Assembly (NCBI GenBank): GCA_963775655.1
Contig: CAVZJT010000007.1
Location: 734-64,733 of the forward strand
Length of the DNA: 64,000 nt
Reading direction: 5' to 3'
Origin: an uncultured Actinomycetota bacterium
Lineage (GTDB): Bacteria > Actinomycetota > Actinomycetes > Mycobacteriales > QHCD01
Under the pieces are notes generated by a model. That model ran no database searches. It saw only the letters and a list, made by a program, of their open reading frames with translations, and had not been told where the DNA came from. How positions within the stretch are numbered: the stretch's first letter is position 1; each line of letters starts with the position of its first letter. Of this stretch, positions 48,333-56,852 are shown in pieces. A program made the translations under genes and the position numbers.

Positions 48333-49676
48333 ATGGTCGAGCACAGGCAGCAGCAGCCGGACTGGAGCCGATTCGAGCGCCCCCTGCCGGACTGGTTCCG
48401 CGATGCGAAGCTGGGCATCTTCATCCACTGGGGGCTCTATTCGGTGCCGGCGTGGGCCGAGCCGACCGGTGAGCTCGGCGCGGTCGACGAGGCGACCTGG
48501 TTCCGGCACAACCCCTACGCCGAGTGGTACTGGAACACGATCCGGTTCCCGGACAGCCCGGCGCGGGCCCACCACACGGCGACCTACGGCGATGCGCCGT
48601 ACGACGACTTCCTCGACGCCTGGGGTGCGCAGGACTTCGACCCGAAGGAGTGGGCGGCGCTGTTCGCCCGGACCGGCGCGCGTTACGTCGTCCCCACCAC
48701 CAAGCACCACGACGGCGTGACGCTGTGGGACGCCCCGGGGACCGGCGGCCGGAACACCGTCCAGCGCGGACCGCGCCGGGACCTCGTCGGCGACCTCGAG
48801 GCCGCGGTGCGCGGAGCGGGGATGCGGTTCGGCGTCTACTACTCGGGCGGTCTGGACTGGCACGTCACCGACCTGCCGCCGCTGGACAGCTTTACCGCGG
48901 TCAGTGACACCGGCCGGCCGAAGGACGCGGCGTACGCCGCCTACGCGGCGCTGCACGTGCGCGACCTCGTCGACCGCTACCGGCCGGACGTGCTGTGGAA
49001 CGACATCGAATGGCCGGACGCCGGAAAGCATGCGGGTTCGCTGGGACTGGCCGAGGTGTTCGAGCACTACTACGACGTCGTGCCCGACGGTGTGGTGAAC
49101 GACCGCTGGGGCGACACGCACTGGGACTATCGCACGACTGAATACCAGCATGGCGTGGAGAACGAGTCGACGCAGGCGTGGCAGAGCTGCCGCGGGATCG
49201 GGCTGTCGTTCGGCTACAACCAGGTCGAGGACGAGTCGCACTACCTCGACGGCCCGGCCGTCGTGCGCCATCTCGTCGATGTCGTGTCCCGCGACGGCAA
49301 CCTGCTGCTCGACGTCGGTCCCACCGCCGAAGGCAGGATCCCCGATCTGCAGCGCCGGTCGCTCGAGGCGCTGGCCGACTGGATGGCGGTCAACGCCGGG
49401 GCCATCCACGGCACGCGACCGCTCGACCCCGCCGTCGGTGCGCCGACGGATCAGCCGTGGGTCCGCTGGACGCAGCGCGACGGGTCGGCGTACGCGATCG
49501 TCGAGACCGGCGGGCAGGTCGCGCTCGACGCGGCACCCGAGCGGCTCGACACCGAGTCGGCCACGGTGCTCGGCGGCGGTCCGGTCGCCGTCAAGGCACA
49601 GGGCCGGTCCGTCACCGTCGATCTGCCGGATTCTCCTGGTGCGGCGCCGGTTGTGGTCCGCTTCGCCATGCGCTGA
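48333..49676 (+). CDS. Alpha-L-fucosidase (GH29)
   Basis: WFRDAKLGIFIHWGLYSVPAW, YVVPTTKHHDGVTLWD and RFGVYYSGGLDW are GH29 hallmark stretches. Confidence 0.85.
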   Translation: MVEHRQQQPDWSRFERPLPDWFRDAKLGIFIHWGLYSVPAWAEPTGELGAVDEATWFRHNPYAEWYWNTIRFPDSPARAHHTATYGDAPYDDFLDAWGAQDFDPKEWAALFARTGARYVVPTTKHHDGVTLWDAPGTGGRNTVQRGPRRDLVGDLEAAVRGAGMRFGVYYSGGLDWHVTDLPPLDSFTAVSDTGRPKDAAYAAYAALHVRDLVDRYRPDVLWNDIEWPDAGKHAGSLGLAEVFEHYYDVVPDGVVNDRWGDTHWDYRTTEYQHGVENESTQAWQSCRGIGLSFGYNQVEDESHYLDGPAVVRHLVDVVSRDGNLLLDVGPTAEGRIPDLQRRSLEALADWMAVNAGAIHGTRPLDPAVGAPTDQPWVRWTQRDGSAYAIVETGGQVALDAAPERLDTESATVLGGGPVAVKAQGRSVTVDLPDSPGAAPVVVRFAMR

Positions 49677-49689
49677 CGGCGTCGGTTGC

Positions 49690-50742
49690 TCAGCCGGTCT
49701 CGTCGGACCACTGGATGGTCGCGCCCAGTGTGCGACCGGCGCCGTCGGCGAGGACGCGGTCGAAGAACTTCGGCGCCTCGGACGCGTGCAGTCGGTCGGT
49801 GATGGTCTCGTCCCACCGCAGCCGGCCCTGGGCCATCGAGTCGAGGACCGCGCGCCGGAACGGCCGGTAGCCGTCGTCGCAGGGAAAGACCATGCGCAGC
49901 CGCCGGACGTGCGCCGCCAGGAACTCGAAGGAGACCGGACCGTCGCCGTAGTTTCCCTGCCAGACGAAGCAACCCAACTGCCGGCACAGCCGGATGCCCA
50001 GGTCGACCGACGAACCGTGGCCGGTGGATTCGAAGACGAAGTCCGCACCGGCGCCGTCGGTGAGCCGGCGCACCTCGGCTTCGACATCGACCTGCGTGGC
50101 ATCGAGCACCGTGTGCGCGCCGAGCCGCCGCGCGACCTCGAGCGGTTCGGCCCGCAGGTCGACGGCCGTCACCTGTGCGCCGCGGGCGGCACAGGCCGCG
50201 ACGACGGCGAGTCCGACCATGCCGACGCCGAGTACGACGACTGACGCGCCGACGTGGACGCCGGCCATGTCGGTGCCCTTGAGGCCGACCGCGGGGACGA
50301 CGAACATGCTGGCCAGGTCGTCGGGAACGCCGTCGGGGACGAGGTCCGCACCGTGGTCGCCGGTCGGGTCGAGAACGGCGACCGAGGCGTGCACTCCGGC
50401 CGCGCAGTTGAGCGGTTGCCCGCTGTCGGCGAGGAGCAGTTCGGCGTTGCGCCGGTAGTAGACGCGATCGCCGACGTCGAAGCCGGTGACGTCGGCGCCG
50501 ACACCGGTGACTCGACCTACACCCATGTAGCCGGTGACGAGCGGGAAGCTGCCCCAGTCGAGCTTTCCCGACAGAACCGCGAATTCGGTGCCGATACTGA
50601 CGCCGGACCAGGTGGTGCGGATGGCGATCGTCGACGGCCCGACCGGCGCGGTGAGCACCTGCTCGAGGTCGAAGCGGCCGCCCTCCCTGGCGACGAGGGC
50701 CTGCCCGGTGATTCGCGATCCCGGTGACGACTGGGCGGTCAT
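49690..50742 (-). CDS. Medium-chain dehydrogenase/reductase (zinc-type alcohol dehydrogenase-like)
   Basis: GroES-like N-terminal domain plus Rossmann motif VVVLGVGMVGLAVV. ATG at 50742. Confidence 0.75.
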   Translation of the reverse strand: MTAQSSPGSRITGQALVAREGGRFDLEQVLTAPVGPSTIAIRTTWSGVSIGTEFAVLSGKLDWGSFPLVTGYMGVGRVTGVGADVTGFDVGDRVYYRRNAELLLADSGQPLNCAAGVHASVAVLDPTGDHGADLVPDGVPDDLASMFVVPAVGLKGTDMAGVHVGASVVVLGVGMVGLAVVAACAARGAQVTAVDLRAEPLEVARRLGAHTVLDATQVDVEAEVRRLTDGAGADFVFESTGHGSSVDLGIRLCRQLGCFVWQGNYGDGPVSFEFLAAHVRRLRMVFPCDDGYRPFRRAVLDSMAQGRLRWDETITDRLHASEAPKFFDRVLADGAGRTLGATIQWSDETG

Positions 50743-50774
50743 TTCCTGCGCATCCCTTCGATTCGGCGACGACC

Positions 50775-51788
50775 TCAGCTGAATGTGACGACTGCCTTGA
50801 CGACGTCTCCGCGGGCGATGTCGGAGAACGCGCTCGTGATCTCGGTCAGGGGATAGCGGTGGGTGAGGAAGGTGTCCTTGTCGAGGACTCTGCCGTCGAC
50901 CAGGCGTACGACGCCCGGGAGCACCGCGGCCTCGTCGGTGTTCGCGACGGTGACGGTGGCGTCGCGGGGGCCGGCCATGAGGTCGAGTGCGGCGAGATCC
51001 TCCGGGGCGCTGTAGACCACTTCGCGTCCGCCCGGGCGTAGCCATCCGTAGGCGCGGCCGACCATCGCGGCCACCCCGGAGGCCTCGAAGACGACGTCGA
51101 GGCCGCCGAGATCGGCGGCGACCGCCTCGGGTCCGCCGTCGGCTTCGAGCACGCCGATGTCGGCGCCGAGCCGCGTGGCCAACTCGAGCCGCTCCCGCCG
51201 GCGGCCGACGACCATGACGGTGCCTGCTCCAAGGAGCTTGGCGTAGGCGACGAAGGACAGCCCGGCGATGCCGGTGCCGACCACGCCGACATTCCGCCGT
51301 AGCACCGGGACCGGGCAGATGACGCTGAAGGTCTCGCTGAAACTGATCCCCAGGGCGACGCTCTCCGGATCGGTGGCCGGGGGGAAGAACACCTGGGAGA
51401 ACGTCGGCGACCCGGGCTGCGCGGGCCGATCCTCCTGCAGCGCCTGCCAATCGGTGACGACGCCGAACTCCGCGAGGCCACCCCAGTGCTGCTGCAGACC
51501 GTTCGGCGTGCGGCCGGGCGGGTAGGCGCTGGCCCGGGTCACGAGCGCGCCGACCTCGATGTGCCGCACCCGCGATCCCCGCTTCACCACCCGGCCGACC
51601 GACTCGTGGCCGAGGATGCTCGGATAGCCCACACCGCCGCGGAAGGTGCCGAGGCGCAGCATCTTGTCGGTGCTGGAACAGATCCCGCAGGCCACCATCT
51701 CGACAAGCGCGTCGTGATCGCCGATCTCCGGGTCGGGCACCTCCGCGACCGATCCCTTACCCGGGCCCTCCATCACGTACGCCAGCAT
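50775..51788 (-). CDS. Zinc-dependent alcohol dehydrogenase family protein
   Basis: Zinc ligand region VACGICSSTD...LGHESVGRVV and Rossmann motif VGVVGTGIAGL. ATG at 51788. Confidence 0.8.
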   Translation of the reverse strand: MLAYVMEGPGKGSVAEVPDPEIGDHDALVEMVACGICSSTDKMLRLGTFRGGVGYPSILGHESVGRVVKRGSRVRHIEVGALVTRASAYPPGRTPNGLQQHWGGLAEFGVVTDWQALQEDRPAQPGSPTFSQVFFPPATDPESVALGISFSETFSVICPVPVLRRNVGVVGTGIAGLSFVAYAKLLGAGTVMVVGRRRERLELATRLGADIGVLEADGGPEAVAADLGGLDVVFEASGVAAMVGRAYGWLRPGGREVVYSAPEDLAALDLMAGPRDATVTVANTDEAAVLPGVVRLVDGRVLDKDTFLTHRYPLTEITSAFSDIARGDVVKAVVTFS

Positions 51789-51804
51789 CTCGACGTCATC
51801 CCTT

Positions 51805-52422
51805 CTAGGGAGAGAGTGCGGTGCCGAGCGAGTCGGCACCGAACAGTTTGGGGACGCTGTCCTCGTAGAACACGTCGACGTCGGTGACGGTGAATCCCGC
51901 GTCGGTCAACTCGTCGACGATCCGGCGGGTGAGATGACATCCGCCGAACAACCGCTTCTGCACCGGCTCGAAGCGTCGTTGCTGGCGGCGTACCTTCTCA
52001 TCCGGCGCCAGTCCGTGCTCGACGAAATGCAGGCGGCCGCCGGGTTTGAGGACTCGGCGGACCTCGCGGAGGGCAGCGGGGAGATCGGGAATGGTGCACA
52101 GAGTCCACGTCGACAGCGCGGCGTCGAAGGTGTCGTCGGCGTAGGGCAACAACTGACCGTCCAACCCGGAGCGCTGCACAGGGATGCTCGTGGCGTCGAC
52201 GCGCTTCTCGGCGAGGTGCCAACCGAGGTCCGACGGCTCGACCGCGGCGATCCGGGTGACGGCCACCGGATAGAACGGCACGTTGAGTCCGGAGCCGAAA
52301 CCGATCTCGACGACGTCACCGGTGAGTCCGGCGCAGACGCGGGCGCGCAACGGGTGGGACACCTTTGCACCGCAGGTGACGTTGATGATGCGCGGGAGGA
52401 CCCGCTCTCGGTAGAAACCCAT
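51805..52422 (-). CDS. Class I SAM-dependent methyltransferase
   Basis: Motif I VVEIGFGSGLN and post-I/II LKPGGRLHFVEH. First gene of a three-gene minus-strand cluster with the two dehydrogenases. Confidence 0.8.
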   Translation of the reverse strand: MGFYRERVLPRIINVTCGAKVSHPLRARVCAGLTGDVVEIGFGSGLNVPFYPVAVTRIAAVEPSDLGWHLAEKRVDATSIPVQRSGLDGQLLPYADDTFDAALSTWTLCTIPDLPAALREVRRVLKPGGRLHFVEHGLAPDEKVRRQQRRFEPVQKRLFGGCHLTRRIVDELTDAGFTVTDVDVFYEDSVPKLFGADSLGTALSP

Positions 52423-52532
52423 GACCAGCCTCCTGGGGCAACGCTAGCCCGTGGCCGGACTCGGGCCGGCGGCCCGTGCCGAGAGCGTGTGGAAGGCTCG
52501 TCGTCGTGGCCGTACGCATCCGGGCGAACGAG

Positions 52533-53693
52533 GTGGGCACCGCGCCCCGGCGCGCGCGGGTCGCCGTCTCCTACGTCTTCGCGGCGCACGGCCTGCTGTT
52601 CGGGTCGTGGGCACCGCGCATCCCCGAGGTGAAGTCCAGCCTCGGCCTCTCGCCCGGACTGCTCGGTATCGCCCTGCTCGCGCCCGCGGCCGGCTCGTTG
52701 CTGACGATGCCGCTGGCCGGTGCGGCGGCATCTCGGGTGGGCAGTGCGCGGGCGACGCAGGTGGTCTTCGCGGCGTACTGCCTGCTGCCGTGGGTCGTCG
52801 GGCTGGCCGGCAACCTCGGCACGCTGTGGCTGGCGCTGTTCGGCTGGGGCGCCGCGCTGGGGTCGCTCGACGTCGTAATGAACGCCCAGGGGGTCACCGT
52901 CGAGAAGGCCTACCGGCGTCCCGTGCTGTCGAGTTTTCACGCGGCCTGGAGCATCGGCGCCCTGATCGGCACCGGAGTCGGCAGCCTCCTTGCCGGGGCG
53001 GGCGTGTCGCTGACCGTCCAGTTGGCCGTCGGCGGTGGCGTGTTGCTCGTGGTGGGGCTGCCGCTGACCCGCGCGTTCCTGCCCGATCCGGCAGACGGCG
53101 GTGAGCGACCGCCGGCCTTCGCCCGCCCGACCGGGCGGCTGCTCGCACTGGGCGCGGCCGCCTTCGCCTGTCTGGTTTGCGAGGGGGCGGCAGCGGACTG
53201 GAGCGCCGTACAGCTCCGGGAGTCGCTCGGCGCGGCCGTGGCGGTCGCCGGCTTGGGTTACGCGGCCTTCACCGCCGCGATGACCGTCGGGCGGCTGCTC
53301 GGCGACCGGACGGTGGCGCGGTTCGGCCGCGCGACGACCGTGCGCGCTCTCGGCCTGATCGGAACGGTCGGCATGGCCGGCGGGCTGCTCAGCGGCACCG
53401 TCGCGGGATGGATCGCCGGCATGGCCGTGCTCGGCCTGGGGCTGTCGGCGATGGTCCCGACGTTGTTCGGGGCGGCCGGGGAGGGCACCGGTCACGCGGG
53501 TCCGGCGATCGCGGCGGTCTCCACCTGCGGCTACCTGGGGATGCTGCTCGGGCCGTCGATCATCGGCGGCCTGGCGCAGGGCGTCGGGTTGACTGGTGCA
53601 CTGTGGATCGTGCCGGCGCTGACTGCGACCGCGGCGCTGCTGGGCCGGGCCGCCGACGTCCCCGCCGCAGACAAGGCCATGTCCGGCCGCTAG
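52533..53693 (+). CDS. MFS transporter
   Basis: About 12 hydrophobic segments. The start is uncertain (GTG 52533 or upstream to 52476). Confidence 0.75.
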   Translation: MGTAPRRARVAVSYVFAAHGLLFGSWAPRIPEVKSSLGLSPGLLGIALLAPAAGSLLTMPLAGAAASRVGSARATQVVFAAYCLLPWVVGLAGNLGTLWLALFGWGAALGSLDVVMNAQGVTVEKAYRRPVLSSFHAAWSIGALIGTGVGSLLAGAGVSLTVQLAVGGGVLLVVGLPLTRAFLPDPADGGERPPAFARPTGRLLALGAAAFACLVCEGAAADWSAVQLRESLGAAVAVAGLGYAAFTAAMTVGRLLGDRTVARFGRATTVRALGLIGTVGMAGGLLSGTVAGWIAGMAVLGLGLSAMVPTLFGAAGEGTGHAGPAIAAVSTCGYLGMLLGPSIIGGLAQGVGLTGALWIVPALTATAALLGRAADVPAADKAMSGR

Positions 53694-53748
53694 ATCAACG
53701 GACCGTCCGCGCGGCGGCGACGTCGTACGCTCGACCGGGGGCGATCGG

Positions 53749-55125
53749 ATGCGCCGACGTCGTGGGCTCGTCGTACCGGCTGCGGTGGCGCTCGTCGTGG
53801 CGGCGCTCGTTGTCGCGGCGTGCGGGACCCGGCTGCCGGCGAGCGCGTTCGCCAGTCATCGGGGTGTCGGCTCTGCGTCTCCGTCGGGCCGGTCTTCCGG
53901 CTCGACGGGCAATGCCGCGTCCGACATCGGCGTGACACCTACCGCCGTCCGGGTGGGGATCGTGGCCAGCCTGACCAGCCCGTTGGGTGCCGAGGCGTTC
54001 TCCGGGCCGATGTACGGCGCGCGGGCGTTCTTCGATGCACTCAACGCGCGCGGCGGAGTGCACGGGCGGCGGGTGCAGGTCAGTGTCTGTGACGATGGGT
54101 CGAGCGGCTCGGGAAACCAGTCATGCGTGCACCACCTGATCGACGACACCAAGGTCTTCGCGCTCACCGCGACGACATCGCTGGACTACGCGGGGGCGCC
54201 GTACGTCGACGCCAAGGGCGTGCCGGACGTCGGCGGGCAGCCGGTCGGCAACGCGTACGACCAGTACCGCCACCTCTATTCGATCTACGGCAGCAACGAG
54301 CCACGCGACGGCACGGTCGGTTTCGGCGGCGTGCTCTACGGCGGCACCGAGGTCTATCGCTACTTCAAGGCGAAGCTCGGCGCGCGCACGGCCGGGGTCG
54401 TCTACTACAACCAGGCCGACTCGCAGCGGTTCGCGAGTCTGACGATGAAGAGCCTTGCGGTCGAGGGATACCGAGTCGTTCCCGAGCAGGTCGACTTCGC
54501 GCTGCCCAACTTCGACTCGGCCGCGCTGGACATGAAGGCGCGCGGTGTCGACGTGGTCTTCGATGCGCTGGATTCGAGCGGCAACGTCGACCTCTGCCGC
54601 GCGATGGACAACGAGTCGCTGAAGGTGAAGGCCAAGGTGACGACGGTGCAGAACTGGAATTCCTCGGTCCGCAAGGACTTCGCCGCCTCACCGGTGTGCC
54701 GCAATTCGCTGTACTCCACCGGGAACGACCGCAACTATTCGGACGAGAAATATCCCGCGGTCAAGGCCTTCCGCACCGCGATACACCGTTATTTGCCCAG
54801 TAGGGACGGCAAGCTGTCGATGTGGGAACTCGAGGGCTGGGCCGCCGCGCAGTGGCTCACCGACGCGATGACCTCGTGCGGTGCGCAACTGACCCGCGGG
54901 TGCGTCGAGAGCTACATGAACCGGGCGCAGCCCTACGACGGCCACGGCCTGCTCACCCCGCGCAGCTTCGTGGTGGGCCGGCATCCCGCCCGGCCGAGCC
55001 GCAACTGTCTGAACGTGGCGCGCTGGCAGGACTCGGCCGACGGCGGACGGGGCGGCTGGGTGACCCAGGTCCCGAACATGGACACCAACTGTTTCGTCGT
55101 ACCCAACGTCCCCTACCGCCCCTGA
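53749..55125 (+). CDS. ABC transporter substrate-binding lipoprotein, type I periplasmic-binding fold (Liv/branched-chain amino-acid type)
   Basis: The signal peptide with lipobox VVAAC and GVTPTAVRVGIVASLTSPLG...ALNARGGVHGRRV are typical of LivK-like binding proteins. Adjacent to LivFGHM-type genes. Confidence 0.8.
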   Translation: MRRRRGLVVPAAVALVVAALVVAACGTRLPASAFASHRGVGSASPSGRSSGSTGNAASDIGVTPTAVRVGIVASLTSPLGAEAFSGPMYGARAFFDALNARGGVHGRRVQVSVCDDGSSGSGNQSCVHHLIDDTKVFALTATTSLDYAGAPYVDAKGVPDVGGQPVGNAYDQYRHLYSIYGSNEPRDGTVGFGGVLYGGTEVYRYFKAKLGARTAGVVYYNQADSQRFASLTMKSLAVEGYRVVPEQVDFALPNFDSAALDMKARGVDVVFDALDSSGNVDLCRAMDNESLKVKAKVTTVQNWNSSVRKDFAASPVCRNSLYSTGNDRNYSDEKYPAVKAFRTAIHRYLPSRDGKLSMWELEGWAAAQWLTDAMTSCGAQLTRGCVESYMNRAQPYDGHGLLTPRSFVVGRHPARPSRNCLNVARWQDSADGGRGGWVTQVPNMDTNCFVVPNVPYRP

Positions 55126-55135
55126 CGCCGCGCCG

Positions 55136-55367
55136 ATTCCGCTTGAACGTGACGTTCAAGCGCTCTAGCCGCATGAACGTCACGTTGAGGCGGAATGGGG
55201 GGGCGGCGGCCGCCGCCATTCGGCTTGAACGTCACGTTCAAGCCTTCTAGTGGCATCGACGTCACGTTGATGCCGAACGGGGCGGCGACTCGAGTCGGCG
55301 CGCCCCATTCCGCTTGAACGTCACGTTCAAGCGCTCTAGCCGCATGAACGTCACGTTCACGCGGAAT
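55136..55367. repeat. Three tandem 61-nt palindromic units (family A) separated by GC-rich palindromic spacers
   Basis: Units lie at 55136-55196, 55218-55278 and 55307-55367. Each has the layout ATTCCGC-TTGAACGT(C/G)ACGTTCAA-GCGCTCTAGCCGC-ATGAACGTCACGTT..-GCGGAAT. The spacers contain GGCGGCGGCCGCCGCC and CGACTCGAGTCG. Confidence 0.85.
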
Positions 55368-56085
55368 GGGAATGGGAATGGGAATGGGGACGGGGGCGGC
55401 GGGGGCCGAGGAGTACGTCGGCGCGGGCGCCGGTCAGCTCACCGGGTTCGCCGACGAACGCCACCTCGCCGCGGCGGAGGACGTAGGCGATGTCGGCGAG
55501 CCGGAGCGCCTGCCCGACGTACTGCTCGACGAGCAGCACCGACCGGCCGGGCTCCCGCGCCAGGTCGGCGACCACGTCGTAGAGCCGCGTCACCACCTGC
55601 GGCGCCAGCCCGCGACTCAGTTCGTCGAGTAGCAAGACCTGCGACGGACGGAGCAGCGCCCGCGACAGCGACAGCATCTGCCGCTCACCGCCGGACAGGC
55701 TGCCGGCGCGTTGGCCCAGCCGGCCCCGCAGCACCGGAAACACTGCCAGCGCCGGGTCGGGCGCACCGCCATCGCCGAACACGGCGAGGTTGTCCCGTAC
55801 CGACATCGTGGCGAAGACGCCGTGCTCGTCGGGGAGCAGCGCGAGCCCGTGACGCACCCGGTCGTACGCCGGCAGCCCACTCACGTCCTCGCCGTCCCAG
55901 CAAACCGCACCGGCGGTCAGCGGAAGCAGCCCGGCCAGGACCCGCAGCGTCGTCGTCTTGCCCGCGCCGTTGTGACCGAGCAGCGCGGTGATCCCGCGGG
56001 CGGGTATGGCGAGGTCGATGCCGTGCAACACCTCCAGCGGCCCGTATCCGGCCCGCGCGCCGCGCAGCGCGATCCCGGCGCTCAT
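55357..56085 (-). CDS. Branched-chain amino-acid-type ABC transporter ATP-binding protein (LivF-like)
   Basis: Walker A GHNGAGKTT, signature LSGGERQM, Walker B LLLDELSRGL. The last ~11 codons and the stop (TCA 55357-55359) lie inside the microsatellite and the family A unit. Confidence 0.85.
   Translation of the reverse strand: MSAGIALRGARAGYGPLEVLHGIDLAIPARGITALLGHNGAGKTTTLRVLAGLLPLTAGAVCWDGEDVSGLPAYDRVRHGLALLPDEHGVFATMSVRDNLAVFGDGGAPDPALAVFPVLRGRLGQRAGSLSGGERQMLSLSRALLRPSQVLLLDELSRGLAPQVVTRLYDVVADLAREPGRSVLLVEQYVGQALRLADIAYVLRRGEVAFVGEPGELTGARADVLLGPRRPRPHSHSHSHSA
55365..55388. repeat. Hexanucleotide microsatellite (AATGGG)x4
   Basis: The microsatellite is contiguous with unit 3 of the family A array. 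On the minus strand it encodes the HSHSHSHS tail of the ABC ATPase. Confidence 0.9.
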
Positions 56086-56852
56086 GGGCCGCTCCGCGAG
56101 AAATAGATCTCCTGCGCGGCGGGATCGGCGGCGACCTCGGCCGGGGTACCGGACACCACGACCCGGCCGGCGGCCATCACGTAGACCCGGTCGGCGACGT
56201 CGAAGACGAGGTCGACGTCGTGCTCGACGAGCACGATGGTCCGGCCGTCGTCGGCGAGACCGCGCAACACCTCCCGCAGCGCGCCGATCTCCCGGTCGTC
56301 AAGACCGCTTGCCGGCTCGTCCAGCAGCACCGCTGCCGGATCGGCGGCCAGGGCCCGGCCGAGCTCGACCATCCGCAGCGTGCCAGTCGGCAGCGCGCCG
56401 GCGGGGGTGTCGCGTAAGCCGCCGAGTCCCAGCAGATCCAGCACCCGCTCGACCGACGCGTCGACCGATCGCCGCGCCGGGTCGGGGAGCCCGAGCAGCC
56501 CGGCCAGGATGCTGCCGGACCGGCGGTTCTCGGCGCCGACCCGGATGTTGTCGGCCACCGTCATGGTGGCGAAGACCGCGAGCTCCTGAAAGGTGCGGGT
56601 CAGGCCCAGCCGGGCCCGGGCGTCGGTGCTGGCATCGGTGATGTCCCGATCGCCGAGCAGCACCCGTCCCCGGTCGGGACGTTCGAACCCGGACAGGCAG
56701 GCAAACAGCGTCGTCTTGCCGGCGCCGTTGGGCCCGATGAGAGCCGTGACGTCGCCGGGCACGGCGTCCAGATCGACGCCGTCCACGGCGTGCACGCCGC
56801 CGTAACTCCGGGCGATCCCGCGGACCCGCAGCGCCGCACCCGGCCCGGTCAT
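56082..56852 (-). CDS. Branched-chain amino-acid-type ABC transporter ATP-binding protein (LivG-like)
   Basis: Walker [25 protein letters not shown], Walker B VLLDEPASGLD. ATG 56852 overlaps the permease stop (ATGA). Confidence 0.85.
   Translation of the reverse strand: MTGPGAALRVRGIARSYGGVHAVDGVDLDAVPGDVTALIGPNGAGKTTLFACLSGFERPDRGRVLLGDRDITDASTDARARLGLTRTFQELAVFATMTVADNIRVGAENRRSGSILAGLLGLPDPARRSVDASVERVLDLLGLGGLRDTPAGALPTGTLRMVELGRALAADPAAVLLDEPASGLDDREIGALREVLRGLADDGRTIVLVEHDVDLVFDVADRVYVMAAGRVVVSGTPAEVAADPAAQEIYFSRSGP

Noticed and set aside
55143-55159. The palindrome TTGAACGTGACGTTCAA as a BioQ-type biotin operator (bio genes are in the window).
   Set aside because: The BioQ operator as I recall it is TGAAC-N3-GTTCA. 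Here the half-sites are separated by 5 nt, and none of the copies lies upstream of a bio gene.
55126-55400. Could the regularly spaced repeats at 55.1-55.4 kb be a small CRISPR array?
   Set aside because: There are only three units. The units are 61 nt and internally palindromic. The 21-28-nt spacers are themselves GC palindromes, and there are no cas genes in the window. A related solo unit exists at 9999-10059. A REP/MITE-like element is the better description.
54822-55991. ORFs translated through the repeat families, for example RFRLNVTFKRSSRMNVTL at 54.8-55.4 kb. The same applies to QNPLLVGF/QNALLVRF ORFs around 16.9, 24.0, 25.1 and 63.7 kb, and to DPIVRVGRTMS ORFs at 2974-3328.
   Set aside because: The repeated peptides merely mirror the DNA palindromes in several frames and on both strands. 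The ORFs lack starts with RBS, and no coding-like sequence continues outside the repeats.
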